64,000 bases of DNA from Bacteroidales bacterium (GTDB lineage Bacteria > Bacteroidota > Bacteroidia > Bacteroidales > UBA932). A model generated the notes under the pieces. That model did not search any database, was not told where the DNA came from, and was given only the letters and a program-made list of their open reading frames with translations. The first letter of the stretch is position 1, and the number at the start of each line of letters is the position of its first letter. A program made the translations under genes and the position numbers. This document shows positions 1 through 10,050 of this stretch, in pieces. The stretch lies in assembly GCA_017651465.1 (NCBI GenBank), contig JAGCCX010000049.1, forward strand, positions 4,909 through 68,908, in the 5' to 3' direction.

Positions 1-1277
1 GCGCCGAACTCATCTATCAGCACCAGGGTGTTCTCATCTGCCTCGGAGAGCATTTCGCGCATATCCGAAAGGAAGGAACTGTAGGTGCTCAGGTCGTTCT
101 CGAGCGACTGGTCGTCGCCTATGCTCACCACAATGTTCTTGAATACAGGCAGTTCGGAACTTTCCGAGGTGGGTATGAGCATACCCCACTGGAACATATA
201 CTGCAGCAGGCCCGCCGTTTTGAGGCATACTGATTTGCCTCCGGCGTTGGGACCCGATATGAGCAGGATGCGCTTGGCGGGTGTAAGATTGATGGTGAGT
301 GGTACTATGGTCTTACCTTCTCGCTTGAGCGCCCTTTCGAGCAGCGGGTGACGTGCCTTGCGCAGGTTCACGCCCCCGTCGGACGATATGACAGGCATTC
401 CGGCGATGAAGTCCAGCGCCGTCTGCGCCTTGGCCATCAGGAAGTCTATTTCGCCTATGAACGAGGCCCCCTGCAGCACTTCCGGAAGATATGGACGGAG
501 GAAAGCGGTGAATTCCCTAAGTATGCGGGCAACCTCCCTTGCCTGGGCGAAGTGCAGCTCGCTTATGTCGTTCTCGAGCTCCAGGATTTCTGCAGGCTCG
601 ATGTAGCTTGTCTTTCCGGTGGACGATTCGTCGTACACGAATCCCGAGAGCTTGCGCTTGGAAGCGGCGCTCACGGGTATGAGATATTTGCCGTCACGCA
701 TTGCCACCGAGGCGTCAGGGTCGGCTATTCCGGCGTCCTGCGCCTGCTTGAGTATGGCTGTGGCTCGCCTGGATATGGCGGCTTCCTTCTCGCGTATGCG
801 CTTGCGTATGTCGGCGAGTTCGTCGGAGGCGTTGTCCTTGATGTCTCCGTAGCGGTCGAGTATCAGGTCAATGCGCTTGAGGATTACCGGAAAGTTGAGT
901 ATCGGGGCGCTGAGGGCCTTGAGGTTGGGGTAGATTCCGTCTTTGATGCTCGCAAAGAAATTGGTTATGCGCCTTATGGTGTCAAGCAATGTGCGGAGTT
1001 TGCCAAGGCCGAGGGCGTCAATGCTGCTCCCCTCGCTCTGGAGAGGCTCCAGGAAGGGGGCGCCGTCGATGAAGCCGGAAGTGGGGAAGTTCTCCTCGAA
1101 CAGCAAGATCAGGCGCATCTCGTCCGTGAGGGCAAGACGCTTGCGTATGGCCCCGGGCGATGTAGAGAAACGCTCCTCCGCCACCCGGGCAGCGGCGTAG
1201 TCCGTGCGGCACTTCTCGGCGATTATTTCCCTTACTTTGTTGAAGCCCAGTTTGGCTTCAAGCCGTTCATTGGTCAT
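1..1277 (-). CDS. mutS2: Endonuclease MutS2, N-terminal ~425 codons (gene runs off the window start)
   Basis: Reverse translation from the ATG at 1277 reads MTNERLEAKLGFNKVREIIAEKCRTDYAAARV... In the same frame near 200-270 it reads RILLISGPNAGGKSVCLKTAGLLQYMFQWG, a MutS-type Walker A. It is absent from the ORF track because no stop lies in the window. It overlaps the cdaA stop by 11 nt. Confidence 0.85.
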   Translation of the reverse strand, partial: MTNERLEAKLGFNKVREIIAEKCRTDYAAARVAEERFSTSPGAIRKRLALTDEMRLILLFEENFPTSGFIDGAPFLEPLQSEGSSIDALGLGKLRTLLDTIRRITNFFASIKDGIYPNLKALSAPILNFPVILKRIDLILDRYGDIKDNASDELADIRKRIREKEAAISRRATAILKQAQDAGIADPDASVAMRDGKYLIPVSAASKRKLSGFVYDESSTGKTSYIEPAEILELENDISELHFAQAREVARILREFTAFLRPYLPEVLQGASFIGEIDFLMAKAQTALDFIAGMPVISSDGGVNLRKARHPLLERALKREGKTIVPLTINLTPAKRILLISGPNAGGKSVCLKTAGLLQYMFQWGMLIPTSESSELPVFKNIVVSIGDDQSLENDLSTYSSFLSDMREMLSEADENTLVLIDEFG

Positions 1278-2037
1278 TGTTCTGAAGCTTGAGTTTAAGG
1301 GTGGCCGACGTCTCTACAAGAGTTATGCTCCTGCCCCTGACGAAGCTTACCTGCCCGGTCTCTTCCGACACCACTATTACGTCGGCGTCGCACTGCTCGG
1401 CAAGCCCGACGGCTGCCCTGTGGCGCATCCCGTAGTGGGCCGGGAGGTCCAGACGCTCGGTCAGCGGCAGGGTACAGCGGGCGGCGATGATATGGTTGTC
1501 GCCGATAACCATAGCTCCGTCGTGCAGGGGGGAATTCTTGAAGAAGATATTCATTATCAGGCGCTCGCTGATGCGTGCGTCTATGCTGTCACCGGTGGCT
1601 ATGATGCTCTGCAGGTTGTCCCTGCGGCGTATGACTATTAGTGCGCCGGTCTTGTGGGAAGCCATTTGCTCCACTGCCGAAACTACCTGCGACATATTGT
1701 CGGAGTCGAGCCCTTCGGCCCGCTGGCGGCGCAGGAGCCTGCGAATGAGGGTGTTGTCTCCGGCGGTGCGTCCTATGTTGTTGAGGAAACGGCGTATCTC
1801 GGGCTGGAAAATGATTATGATGGCCAATGCTCCTACGTCAAGTATGGCGCCGAGCAGGGCGGAAATCATACGCATATTCAGCGCAGTGGCAAGTACCCGT
1901 ACCAGAAAAAGGATGATGATGGCGATGAAGATATTCATAGCCGAAGAACCCTTTATCCAGCGGAAAATCACGAATATAACCGCCGCTACGAGTATGATGT
2001 CGATAAGGTCGACAAGCGTGAAATGCAAAAATTCCAT
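1267..2037 (-). CDS. cdaA: Diadenylate cyclase CdaA (three N-terminal TM helices + DisA_N domain)
   Basis: 256-aa ORF with a hydrophobic N-terminus followed by ...FFKNSPLHDGAMVIGDNHIIAARCTLPLT...HYGMRHRAAVGLAEQCDADVIVVSEETGQVSF, typical of DAC domains. Confidence 0.9.
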   Translation of the reverse strand: MEFLHFTLVDLIDIILVAAVIFVIFRWIKGSSAMNIFIAIIILFLVRVLATALNMRMISALLGAILDVGALAIIIIFQPEIRRFLNNIGRTAGDNTLIRRLLRRQRAEGLDSDNMSQVVSAVEQMASHKTGALIVIRRRDNLQSIIATGDSIDARISERLIMNIFFKNSPLHDGAMVIGDNHIIAARCTLPLTERLDLPAHYGMRHRAAVGLAEQCDADVIVVSEETGQVSFVRGRSITLVETSATLKLKLQNNDQ

Positions 2038-2080
2038 ATATCGTACAAATATAATAATATTTGTCGATTTTGGGTAATTC

Positions 2081-2143
2081 TGTCATTCCGCTCGCTTTCT
2101 GTCATTTCGAGCGAGCGAAGCGAGTCGAGAAATCTCCCGGTGC
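2081..2143. repeat. GC-rich intergenic repeat, copy 1 (GAGCGAAGCGAG core with internal hairpin)
   Basis: The sequence is tgtcattccgctcgctttctgtcatttcgagcgagcgaagcgagtcgagaaatctc. The core recurs at 10008-10022, 25509-25520 and, reverse-complemented, near 20990-21005. Confidence 0.5.
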
Positions 2144-2149
2144 CTTAAA

Positions 2150-3025
2150 TTACAGTCCCAGCACTTCCTTCATAAGGTCGAAAGTGCCCTGTTCGGCCTT
2201 GACAAGGGGGAGTCGCATTGTGGGGGTGCAGAGTCCGAGGAGCGAGAGGGCGGCTTTGGCCGGGATGGGGTTGGGCTCTACGAAGCAGGCGTGGTATAGG
2301 GGCTTAAGCGCCTCGTCCAGGGCTTCCGCTTCCTCCCAGCGGCCGTCGAGGGCGGCGCGTGTCATTGCCGATACCTTTTCGGGAACAATGTTGGAGGCCA
2401 CGGAAATGACTCCCTTGCCGCCGGACTTCATCATTTGGAAGGTAAGGTCGTCGTCACCGCTGAGGACCATAAAATCGGACGGAGCTCCGGCGAGTATTTC
2501 GCGTGCCTGCTCGATCTTGCCGGACGCCTCTTTGATACCCACTATGCCGGGAACCTCGCGGGCGAGCCTCAGGCAGGTTGCGGGCAGCATATTGGCCCCG
2601 GTGCGGCCGGGTACATTGTAAATCACGACGGGCTTTGAACTTGCCTCTGCAACGGCCTTGAAATACTGGAACTGCCCCTCCTGGTTGGGCTTGTTGTAGA
2701 ATGGCACCACCACCAGCCAGGCATCCACGGCGGCTCCGTCAAGCATCTCCATTTGGGTGAGGGTGCCCTGCACGCTGTTGCTACCGCAGCCAACAAGCAG
2801 AGGCACTCCGGCTGCATTGTCGTGCGTAATCTCGAGCATCGACACACGTTCGATGGGGTCGAGAGTCGGCGTCTCTCCCGTGGTGCCAAGGGGCACCAGA
2901 AAATCGGCTCCGCCTTCTACCTGGCGGCGCACAAGGGCGGCATAAGCTTCGTAATCGACTTCGCCGTCGGCGAGGAAGGGGGTTGCAAGGGCTGTCCCGC
3001 AGCCTTTTAGTTCGGGTATTTTCAT
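2150..3025 (-). CDS. dapA: 4-hydroxy-tetrahydrodipicolinate synthase
   Basis: 291 aa. Sequence MKIPELKGCGTALATPFLADGEVDYEAYAALVRRQVEGGADFLVPLGTTGETPTL matches the DapA/NAL aldolase family pattern. 4-nt overlap with dapB. Confidence 0.95.
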   Translation of the reverse strand: MKIPELKGCGTALATPFLADGEVDYEAYAALVRRQVEGGADFLVPLGTTGETPTLDPIERVSMLEITHDNAAGVPLLVGCGSNSVQGTLTQMEMLDGAAVDAWLVVVPFYNKPNQEGQFQYFKAVAEASSKPVVIYNVPGRTGANMLPATCLRLAREVPGIVGIKEASGKIEQAREILAGAPSDFMVLSGDDDLTFQMMKSGGKGVISVASNIVPEKVSAMTRAALDGRWEEAEALDEALKPLYHACFVEPNPIPAKAALSLLGLCTPTMRLPLVKAEQGTFDLMKEVLGL

Positions 3026-3687
3026 TTGATTATCAATTCTTTGAAGCTGTGAACTCCGGTTAAACCTTCAGTCATTGTGGCGGCCACTACGGCACCCTCG
3101 GCAAAGCCCTGGCGGGAGAAGGCCTCGTGCGAAATCTTAATCTTGTCAACTTCCGACTTGAACTTGACAACGTGCTTGCCGGGCACCTCTCCCGCGCGTA
3201 TGGAGGTTATGTCGGGTTTGACGCCCAGATGGTCTCCGACCAGGCGGGCCATCTCCTTGGCCGTGCCGCTGGGAGCGTCCAGTTTATGGACGTGATGAGT
3301 CTCCTCGATATGGGGAACGTAGCCGTAGCCCTTGAGGATGTCGGACACCTTCTCCAGGGCGGCGTAGGCGGCATTTACACCTATCGAAAAGTTGGAAGAG
3401 TAAATCATCGGCGTGCCGGCGGCATAGAATGCGGCCACCACGTCGCCCATTATATCGTCCCAGCCGGTGGTGCCTACCACGGCCGCCTTGAAATGCTCAG
3501 CTATCCATTTGTAGTTGGCGCGGAAGGCCGCAGGAGTGGTAAAGTCGATGCATACGCACTCGCGTGCTATTTCGGGAGGGGTGGCGCACACATCTTCGGT
3601 AGCGCACACAAGTTCGATTCCTTTGTGGAGCAGGACTCCTTCTATGATATGGCCCATACGGCCATAGCCGCTGATAATAACCTTCAT
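3022..3687 (-). CDS. dapB: 4-hydroxy-tetrahydrodipicolinate reductase
   Basis: 221 aa. N-terminal Rossmann motif MKVIISGYGRMG and the C-terminal HxxHKxDAPSGTA motif (ETHHVHKLDAPSGTA). Confidence 0.9.
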   Translation of the reverse strand: MKVIISGYGRMGHIIEGVLLHKGIELVCATEDVCATPPEIARECVCIDFTTPAAFRANYKWIAEHFKAAVVGTTGWDDIMGDVVAAFYAAGTPMIYSSNFSIGVNAAYAALEKVSDILKGYGYVPHIEETHHVHKLDAPSGTAKEMARLVGDHLGVKPDITSIRAGEVPGKHVVKFKSEVDKIKISHEAFSRQGFAEGAVVAATMTEGLTGVHSFKELIIK

Positions 3688-3695
3688 ATCGTGTT

Positions 3696-5762
3696 CTATT
3701 GTAGTATGTTACGTATAATTCCACTGGCCGCAAGCCGGGCCCCTTCGCCTGAACCCTTGATAACCAGGGGATAAGCCTCACCGCTATGTATGATGGTCAC
3801 GTTCTCGGTGCCGCTGATCCAATAGAACGGGCTGTCTATGCCGACCAGCCGCATCTTGATCTCGGCCTTGAAAGTGCCGTCGTCCCGCCTTCGGAGGGAG
3901 GCAACGAAACGCTGCCTGCTGCCTATCGCGTCCAGTTCGTCCTCGCGTCGCACGAACTTGGGCTCGTCCTCGTCGAGTCTGCGGTAAAAGTCCTCGATGC
4001 TGCCCTTAAAATACTCCGGACCGAGCATCGGTACAATCTCCACGTCTTTTTCTTCCAGGGGCACTCCGGCCTCGCGCGAGAGGATGAGGAGCTTTCGGAG
4101 GGCGTCCCTGCCACCGAGGTCGATACGTGGATCCTGCTCGGTAAGCCCGTCGGCCTGGGCCTTGCGCAACAGGGTGGCAAAGCTCTCGCGGCGCGTTCCG
4201 TCATAGCCGGTGATGATATAGTTGAGGGTGCAGGAAACCACTGCCTCAATGAGAGTTACGCCGTCGCCGCAATTGGCTCCGTCGGATATTGACTGGAGTA
4301 TGGGGAGGGCGTTACCCACGGTGGTGTCGTAGCGGAAGAAACATCCGTTTTCGGCCGCAGCGGCCTTGATCGCCGCGTAATCAACATAGGGAATGGCGAG
4401 CGAGCGGCGGTTGGAGGTGACCACGCTGATGCCCTTGTTGAACAGGGGGATGAACTTGCGCCAGATTTCGGTGCTGTCGGTGCAATCGACAAATATCGAA
4501 CGGCTCCGGGCCGTCTCGAGCACGTGGTCGGCAAAGTCGTGGCTACTGGAGATTTCTTTAATGACGATGCGCTTGCCGGCAGAGGGGAAGCGTCCGCCGC
4601 AAGCGTCCACTATGTCCTTCAGCGCGCTGCCCACCGCACCGTGCCCCGCAACGTACACATCCAGGGTTGTGAGGGCTCTTTCTTCGAAGAATTCCCTGTG
4701 GATTGCGGCAACGGTGCTTCGGGCCACATTGGAACGGACGCTGATGCAGAAATTGGTGCCGTCTTCGCATTCCACATCGCCCAGAGCTTTGATGCCAGCC
4801 TCGCGCAGGGCCGTTTCAATGCGCCGCAGGGCCGCTTTCCGGCCCACAGGGCCCTCGCCTATGAGGCACACGCGGGTGGTGCCGGACGGCTCGTCGTCGA
4901 GCGAGGCCACGCCTTTCCATTCGCCCATCACGGCATTGCGGGCGCAGATGATGGTGCCGGGATTGGCAGGGTCGAAGGTGTTGCGGATGTTGATGGCGAT
5001 GCCCTTTTCGCGCGCTGGTGCCACTGCCGGGGCGTAAAGCACCTTGGCGCCGTAGCTGGCCATATCGAAGGCCGCTTTGTAGCTTATTTCGGGAATGGTG
5101 CGGGCGGCGCTCACCACCTTGGGATTGGTGGTCATTATGCCCGGCACGTCGGTCCATATCTCCAGGTCCTGGGCATCGGTGGCGGCAGCGAACAGCGATG
5201 CGCTGTAGTCCGAACCTCCGCGGCCGAGGGTGGTTACATTCTCGTTCTCGTCGCGGGCTATGAAGCCGGGAGCCACAAAAATGCGCGTCTCGGGGTAAGA
5301 GTAGATGGTGCGGACAATAGCGGCATAAGACTTTTCCGTATCAACTTCTCCGCCGCTGGTGAAAATCATGTTGCGGGAGTCGATCCAGGTGGCCTTGAAG
5401 CCCTCGCAGGATAGTTTGCGTGAGAGTATGCGGGTAGAGAGCAGTTCGCCGAACGACTCGATGACAGGCGGGATGCAGCGCACCTCGGAGAACGTGCTCC
5501 GGCAGTCGGAGACGGCATCCTGGCGCTCTTTGCCGGTGAACAGGCGGTTGATGATGGCAAGGTGCTTGCGTTCCAGGGCGTCGATCAGCAGCTCCGGGTC
5601 TTCCGCATTGCCTATCTGGATGAGTGCGTCGGTGCAGCCGCTGATGGCGGAGCTTACAAGGATTACGCGGTCTTTCTCTGCCGCTTGCTCTACTATATCG
5701 AGTACCCGCGACATCGCCGTGGCGTTTGCCACCGACGAGCCGCCGAATTTAAGTACAATCAT
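3696..5762 (-). CDS. thrA: Bifunctional aspartokinase / homoserine dehydrogenase (short form, 688 aa)
   Basis: N-terminus MIVLKFGGSSVANA...LGRGGSDYSA is the aspartate kinase signature. The C-terminal half (VYVAGHGAVGSALKDIV..., NGxxFRYDTTVGxxLP) is homoserine dehydrogenase-like. 4-nt overlap with murA. Confidence 0.85.
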   Translation of the reverse strand: MIVLKFGGSSVANATAMSRVLDIVEQAAEKDRVILVSSAISGCTDALIQIGNAEDPELLIDALERKHLAIINRLFTGKERQDAVSDCRSTFSEVRCIPPVIESFGELLSTRILSRKLSCEGFKATWIDSRNMIFTSGGEVDTEKSYAAIVRTIYSYPETRIFVAPGFIARDENENVTTLGRGGSDYSASLFAAATDAQDLEIWTDVPGIMTTNPKVVSAARTIPEISYKAAFDMASYGAKVLYAPAVAPAREKGIAINIRNTFDPANPGTIICARNAVMGEWKGVASLDDEPSGTTRVCLIGEGPVGRKAALRRIETALREAGIKALGDVECEDGTNFCISVRSNVARSTVAAIHREFFEERALTTLDVYVAGHGAVGSALKDIVDACGGRFPSAGKRIVIKEISSSHDFADHVLETARSRSIFVDCTDSTEIWRKFIPLFNKGISVVTSNRRSLAIPYVDYAAIKAAAAENGCFFRYDTTVGNALPILQSISDGANCGDGVTLIEAVVSCTLNYIITGYDGTRRESFATLLRKAQADGLTEQDPRIDLGGRDALRKLLILSREAGVPLEEKDVEIVPMLGPEYFKGSIEDFYRRLDEDEPKFVRREDELDAIGSRQRFVASLRRRDDGTFKAEIKMRLVGIDSPFYWISGTENVTIIHSGEAYPLVIKGSGEGARLAASGIIRNILQ

Positions 5763-7069
5763 ACTTGGCGTTCAATATGTGCTCCGAGGGCGTTCAGGCG
5801 CAGGTCAATGTCCTGGTAGCCCCGGTCGATCTGGTCGATGTTGTCTATGATGGATGTGCCTTTTGCCGACATTGCAGCAAGCAGCAGGGCGATACCGGCA
5901 CGTATGTCGGGCGATGCCATACGCCCTCCGCGCAGCTGCATCCGGTGGTCGTGCCCAATTACCACCGCCCGGTGCGGGTCGCAGAGTATTATCTGGGCGC
6001 CCATATCGATGAGTTTGTCAACGAAGAACAGACGGCTCTCGAACATCTTCTGGTGTATGAGTACGCTGCCGCGGCACTGCACGGCGGTAACCAGCATTAC
6101 CGACAGCAGGTCCGGGGTAAGGCCTGGCCAGGGCGCGTCCGCTATGGTCATTATGGATCCGTCCATAAAAGATTCAATCACGTAGCTGTCCTGCGAGGGG
6201 ATGTAGATGTCGTCGCCCCTCTGCTCGAGCCTGACGCCCAGGCGCCGGAAGCACTCGGGTATGATGCCGAGCTCGTCGTAGTGCACGTTGGTTATGGTGA
6301 GCTCGCTCTGGTTGATGGCGGCCATACCTATGAACGAACCCACTTCGATCATATCGGGCAGCACCACGTGGGAGGCTCCGTGAAGCTCTTCTACTCCGGT
6401 GATTTTGAGCAGGTTGGAGCCTATGCCCTCGATTTTGGCTCCCATAGCCACCAGCAGCTTGCAGAGCTGCTGTACGTAGGGCTCGCAGGCGGCGTTGTAG
6501 ATGGTGGTGGTGCCCTTGGCGAGGGTGGCGGCCATTACGATGTTGGCCGTGCCGGTTACCGAAGCCTCGTCAAGCAGCATATAGCAGCCCTGGAGGGGGC
6601 CCTGGGTGCTGAGTTTGTATGCGTGGCGGGAAGTGTCGTAGGAGCAGTCGGCCCCGAGTTTGATGAAGCCGTCCAGGTGGGTGTCCACCCTGCGGCGGCC
6701 TATCTTGTCTCCGCCGGGCTTGGGGAAGTATGCCAGTCCGAAACGGGCAAGCAGCGGCCCCACGACCATCACTGAGCCGCGAAGGCGTGCGCATTTCTCC
6801 ACGAACTCGGCGCTGGAAACGTAGAATTCGTTGATGCGTGATGCGGTAAATGTGTATTCTCCCTTGGAGTGCCTATCTACCTTGACTCCCATTCCTTCAA
6901 GCAGGGAGATGAGGTTGCGGATGTCCAGGATGTCGGGAATATTGCTTATGGTGACACTGCCGGAAGTGAGCAGCACTGAGCTTATGACCTCAAGAGCCTC
7001 GTTTTTGGCGCCTTGCGGGGCTATGCTTCCGCTCAGACGATGACCCCCTTCTACTATAAATGAACTCAT
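5759..7069 (-). CDS. murA: UDP-N-acetylglucosamine 1-carboxyvinyltransferase
   Basis: 436 aa. MSSFIVEGGHRLSGSIAPQGAKNEALEVISSVLLTS is the characteristic MurA/EPSP-fold N-terminus. Confidence 0.95.
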   Translation of the reverse strand: MSSFIVEGGHRLSGSIAPQGAKNEALEVISSVLLTSGSVTISNIPDILDIRNLISLLEGMGVKVDRHSKGEYTFTASRINEFYVSSAEFVEKCARLRGSVMVVGPLLARFGLAYFPKPGGDKIGRRRVDTHLDGFIKLGADCSYDTSRHAYKLSTQGPLQGCYMLLDEASVTGTANIVMAATLAKGTTTIYNAACEPYVQQLCKLLVAMGAKIEGIGSNLLKITGVEELHGASHVVLPDMIEVGSFIGMAAINQSELTITNVHYDELGIIPECFRRLGVRLEQRGDDIYIPSQDSYVIESFMDGSIMTIADAPWPGLTPDLLSVMLVTAVQCRGSVLIHQKMFESRLFFVDKLIDMGAQIILCDPHRAVVIGHDHRMQLRGGRMASPDIRAGIALLLAAMSAKGTSIIDNIDQIDRGYQDIDLRLNALGAHIERQV

Positions 7070-7106
7070 CCGAATCTAATTTGTCCATAAAGATAGCAAT
7101 TTTTTT

Positions 7107-7114
7107 TATCTTTG
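7107..7114 (+). promoter_or_regulatory. Bacteroidetes -7 promoter box (TATCTTTG) for murB
   Basis: Matches TAnnTTTG and lies 6 nt upstream of the first ATG (7121). Confidence 0.45.
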
Positions 7115-7120
7115 ACGGCT

Positions 7121-8122
7121 ATGTTCAAAGAATACAATTTTGACCTGAGCTCACGCAATACTTTCCGGATGAAAGCGCGTTGTGCGTGCTTTGTGGAGTA
7201 TGGGAGTGTGGATGAGCTCTATTCGCTCGATTTTGACAGTCTCCCCAAGCCAATCAAGCATATAGGAGGGGGTTCCAACCTTCTGTTTACCGGTGATTTT
7301 CCGGGTACCATCCTGCATTCGGCCATCAAATATGTCAAGTATGTCGACCTGGGTCTTGACGAGGTGCCGGTAGTGGCAGGTTCCGGTGTGGTATGGGACG
7401 AGTTGGTGGCGGAACTATGCTCCCACGGGCTGTGGGGAGCCGAGAATCTCTCGCTCATTCCCGGCGAGGTGGGTGCTGCCGCTGTGCAGAATATCGGAGC
7501 TTACGGTGTGGAAATCAAAGACTTGATATCCGGCGTATCGTGCTTCGACCTGCAGGAGAAAAAGCCCTGCAAGTTCAGCGTGGGGGAGTGCGCCTATGGT
7601 TATCGCGAGTCGATGTTCAAGGAGAGCGGAGGGAGGTACATAATCACCTCGGTGCTCTTCAGGGTGTCGCGCGTGCCCCGTCCGCGCCTCGAGTACAAAG
7701 GCCTCGCCGGAGTTGATTCCTCCAGTCCGGCGGCCATCCGTGATGCCATTATCGCCATCCGCCGTACCAAGCTTCCCGACCCCGAAGAAATAGGTTCTGC
7801 CGGTTCGTTCTTCAAGAATCCGGTCATTACGGCCGCCGATTTCGTGCGCGTCTGCGATGCAGCAGCGCCGGGCTCGATAGTGCCTCACTACGTGCTGGAC
7901 GGCGGTATGATAAAGGTTCCCGCTGCCTGGCTCATCGACCAGTGCGGCTTCAAGGGCGAGAAGGAAGGAGGCGCCGCGGTGTACGAAAAACAGCCCCTGG
8001 TGATAGTGAACGCCAGCGGCTCTGCCACTCCCGGTGATGTGCTTGAACTGGAGAGGCGCATCATAGCCACCGTCCACGAAAAGTTTGGCGTCGAGTTGCA
8101 CCCCGAGGTGGAACATATCTGA
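7121..8122 (+). CDS. murB: UDP-N-acetylenolpyruvoylglucosamine reductase
   Basis: FAD-binding GGGSNLLF motif and a MurB C-terminal domain. The ORF-track start at 7112 is TTG, so I take the first ATG at 7121 (MFKEYNF...). Confidence 0.93.
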   Translation: MFKEYNFDLSSRNTFRMKARCACFVEYGSVDELYSLDFDSLPKPIKHIGGGSNLLFTGDFPGTILHSAIKYVKYVDLGLDEVPVVAGSGVVWDELVAELCSHGLWGAENLSLIPGEVGAAAVQNIGAYGVEIKDLISGVSCFDLQEKKPCKFSVGECAYGYRESMFKESGGRYIITSVLFRVSRVPRPRLEYKGLAGVDSSSPAAIRDAIIAIRRTKLPDPEEIGSAGSFFKNPVITAADFVRVCDAAAPGSIVPHYVLDGGMIKVPAAWLIDQCGFKGEKEGGAAVYEKQPLVIVNASGSATPGDVLELERRIIATVHEKFGVELHPEVEHI

Positions 8123-8133
8123 TGTAAAATTGC

Positions 8134-8141
8134 TATCTTTG
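8134..8141 (+). promoter_or_regulatory. -7 promoter box (TATCTTTG) for aspS
   Basis: TAnnTTTG, 22 nt upstream of the ATG at 8164. Confidence 0.5.
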
Positions 8142-8163
8142 CATTCCTGAAATAATTAGCACT

Positions 8164-9930
8164 ATGTATAGGACCAATACTTGCGGCGAGCTCCGCATTG
8201 CAGACAAAGGTAAGAAAGTAACCCTGGCGGGATGGGTACAAAAATCCCGCAAACTCGGAGGAATGACCTTCATCGACCTGAGGGACCGTTACGGCATCAC
8301 CCAGCTGGTGGTGGAGGCGGACGCCCCCGAAGAACTGGTCGAGACTGCCTCTTCCCTCGGACGTGAATTTGTAGTCCAGGTCACCGGCGAGGTGCTCGAG
8401 CGCCAGAGCAAGAATCCCAAAATGCCCACGGGCGACGTTGAAATCAAGGTCGAGGGCATCAACATACTTAACCGTGCATCCGTGCCTCCCTTCACCATCG
8501 AGGAGCAGAGCGACGGCGGCGAGGACCTGAGGGCCAAGTACCGTTATCTCGACCTGCGCCGTCCGCCCCTCCAGAGGGCTCTGGCCCTGAGGCACCGTCT
8601 GGCCCAGGAAATCCGCACCTATCTTGACGGCCAGGACTTTATGGAGATAGAGACTCCGTACCTCATCAAATCGACTCCCGAGGGCGCCCGCGACTTTGTG
8701 GTGCCGTCCCGTATGAATCCCGGCACATTCTACGCCCTGCCCCAGAGTCCCCAGACCTTCAAGCAGCTGCTTATGGTTGCCGGCTACGACCGCTACTTCC
8801 AGATTGTACGCTGTTTCCGCGACGAGGACCTGCGCGCCGACCGTCAGCCCGAGTTCACCCAGATCGACTGCGAGATGAGCTTCGTGGAGCAGGAAGACGT
8901 TCTCAATATGATCGAGGGTATGATGCACCAGATGTTCCGCAACGCCCTTGGCGTAGAGATTCCCGATCCTCTGCCCCGTATGAGCTGGTACGATGCTATG
9001 GACCGCTACGGCTCCGACAAGCCCGACATTCGCTTCGGAATGGAAATCAATGAGATAAGCTCCCTGGTGCAGGGCTGCGGCTTCGGAGTGTTCGACTCCG
9101 CGCAGTACGTTGGCGCCATCGCCGTTCCGGGTTGCGCGGAATATACCCGCAAGCAGCTGGACGAGCTTACCGAGTGGGTCAAGCGTCCGCAGGTGGGCGC
9201 CGCCGGCCTGGTGTACGTCAAGCTCAACGCCGACGGAAGCATCAAGTCCAGCGTCGATAAGTTCTATTCGCCCGAGAAGCTTCAGGAAGTGGCTGCCGCT
9301 TGCGGAGCATCCGCCGGCGACCTGCTGTTGATTATGTGCGGCGAGAAGCGCAAGACTCAGACCCGCCTGGGCGTGCTCCGTATCGAAATGGGCAACCGGC
9401 TTGGCCTGCGCGACCCCAAGGTGTTCGCACCTTTGTGGATTGTGGATTTCCCCCTGCTTGAGTGGAGCGAGGAGGACGGACGTTTCTACGCTATGCACCA
9501 CCCGTTTACGGCTCCCAAGCCCGAGCACGAGAAGTGGTTCTATTCCAATGCGAAGGAAGACCTGGAGAGGGTATGTGCCAATGCCTACGACTTCGTGCTC
9601 AACGGCACCGAACTCGGCGGCGGTTCTATCCGTATCCACAATGCCGATATGCAGAAGCGTATGTTCGAGGTGCTGGGCATCAGCCCCGAGGAGGCGGACT
9701 ACAAGTTCGGCTTCATCATCAACGCCTTCAAGTACGGCGCCCCGCCTCACGGAGGCCTGGCTTTCGGATTCGACAGGGTCTGCGCCCTGTTCGGCGGTCA
9801 GGAGACCATCCGCGACTACATCGCCTTCCCCAAGAACAACCAGGGCCGCGACGTTATGATCGATTCTCCTTCCAAGATCGATCAGGTGCAGATGGACGAG
9901 CTCTGCCTGGTCAGCACAGTTAAAGAATAA
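8164..9930 (+). CDS. aspS: Aspartate--tRNA ligase
   Basis: 588 aa. Sequence [11 protein letters not shown]...[12 protein letters not shown] (OB anticodon domain) plus class II motifs [18 protein letters not shown] and GGGSIRIH. Confidence 0.97.
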   Translation: MYRTNTCGELRIADKGKKVTLAGWVQKSRKLGGMTFIDLRDRYGITQLVVEADAPEELVETASSLGREFVVQVTGEVLERQSKNPKMPTGDVEIKVEGINILNRASVPPFTIEEQSDGGEDLRAKYRYLDLRRPPLQRALALRHRLAQEIRTYLDGQDFMEIETPYLIKSTPEGARDFVVPSRMNPGTFYALPQSPQTFKQLLMVAGYDRYFQIVRCFRDEDLRADRQPEFTQIDCEMSFVEQEDVLNMIEGMMHQMFRNALGVEIPDPLPRMSWYDAMDRYGSDKPDIRFGMEINEISSLVQGCGFGVFDSAQYVGAIAVPGCAEYTRKQLDELTEWVKRPQVGAAGLVYVKLNADGSIKSSVDKFYSPEKLQEVAAACGASAGDLLLIMCGEKRKTQTRLGVLRIEMGNRLGLRDPKVFAPLWIVDFPLLEWSEEDGRFYAMHHPFTAPKPEHEKWFYSNAKEDLERVCANAYDFVLNGTELGGGSIRIHNADMQKRMFEVLGISPEEADYKFGFIINAFKYGAPPHGGLAFGFDRVCALFGGQETIRDYIAFPKNNQGRDVMIDSPSKIDQVQMDELCLVSTVKE

Positions 9931-9933
9931 CCG

Positions 9934-10050
9934 CATCGGGAAGAGGCTGCTGTTTCGGATTCGTAAGCACCCGCGCTTGTAGCGGGAGGGGCCCACGCAG
10001 TGGGAGGGCGAGCGAAGCGAGGATGGAGAAACAGCAGCCTCTTCCCGATG
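9934..10050. repeat. MITE-like GC-rich repeat, copy 2: perfect 23-bp terminal inverted repeats around a 71-nt core
   Basis: catcgggaagaggctgctgtttc (9934-9956) is the exact reverse complement of 10028-10050. The core contains gggaggggcccacgcagtgggagggcgagcgaagcgagg, shared with the copies at 25431-25537 and ~20910-21015. Confidence 0.7.

Noticed and set aside
348-1292. 314-aa plus-strand ORF and other plus-strand ORFs in 85..1641
   Set aside because: The minus strand encodes MutS2 with an intact Walker A motif and a convincing N-terminus. The plus-strand ORFs start at non-ATG codons and have no motifs.
7888-9996. 702-aa minus-strand ORF covering the whole aspS region
   Set aside because: It is antisense to an unmistakable aspS. 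The translation is low-complexity (rich in G/A/V/L/H/R) with no recognisable motif. This is a typical shadow ORF of a GC-rich coding region.
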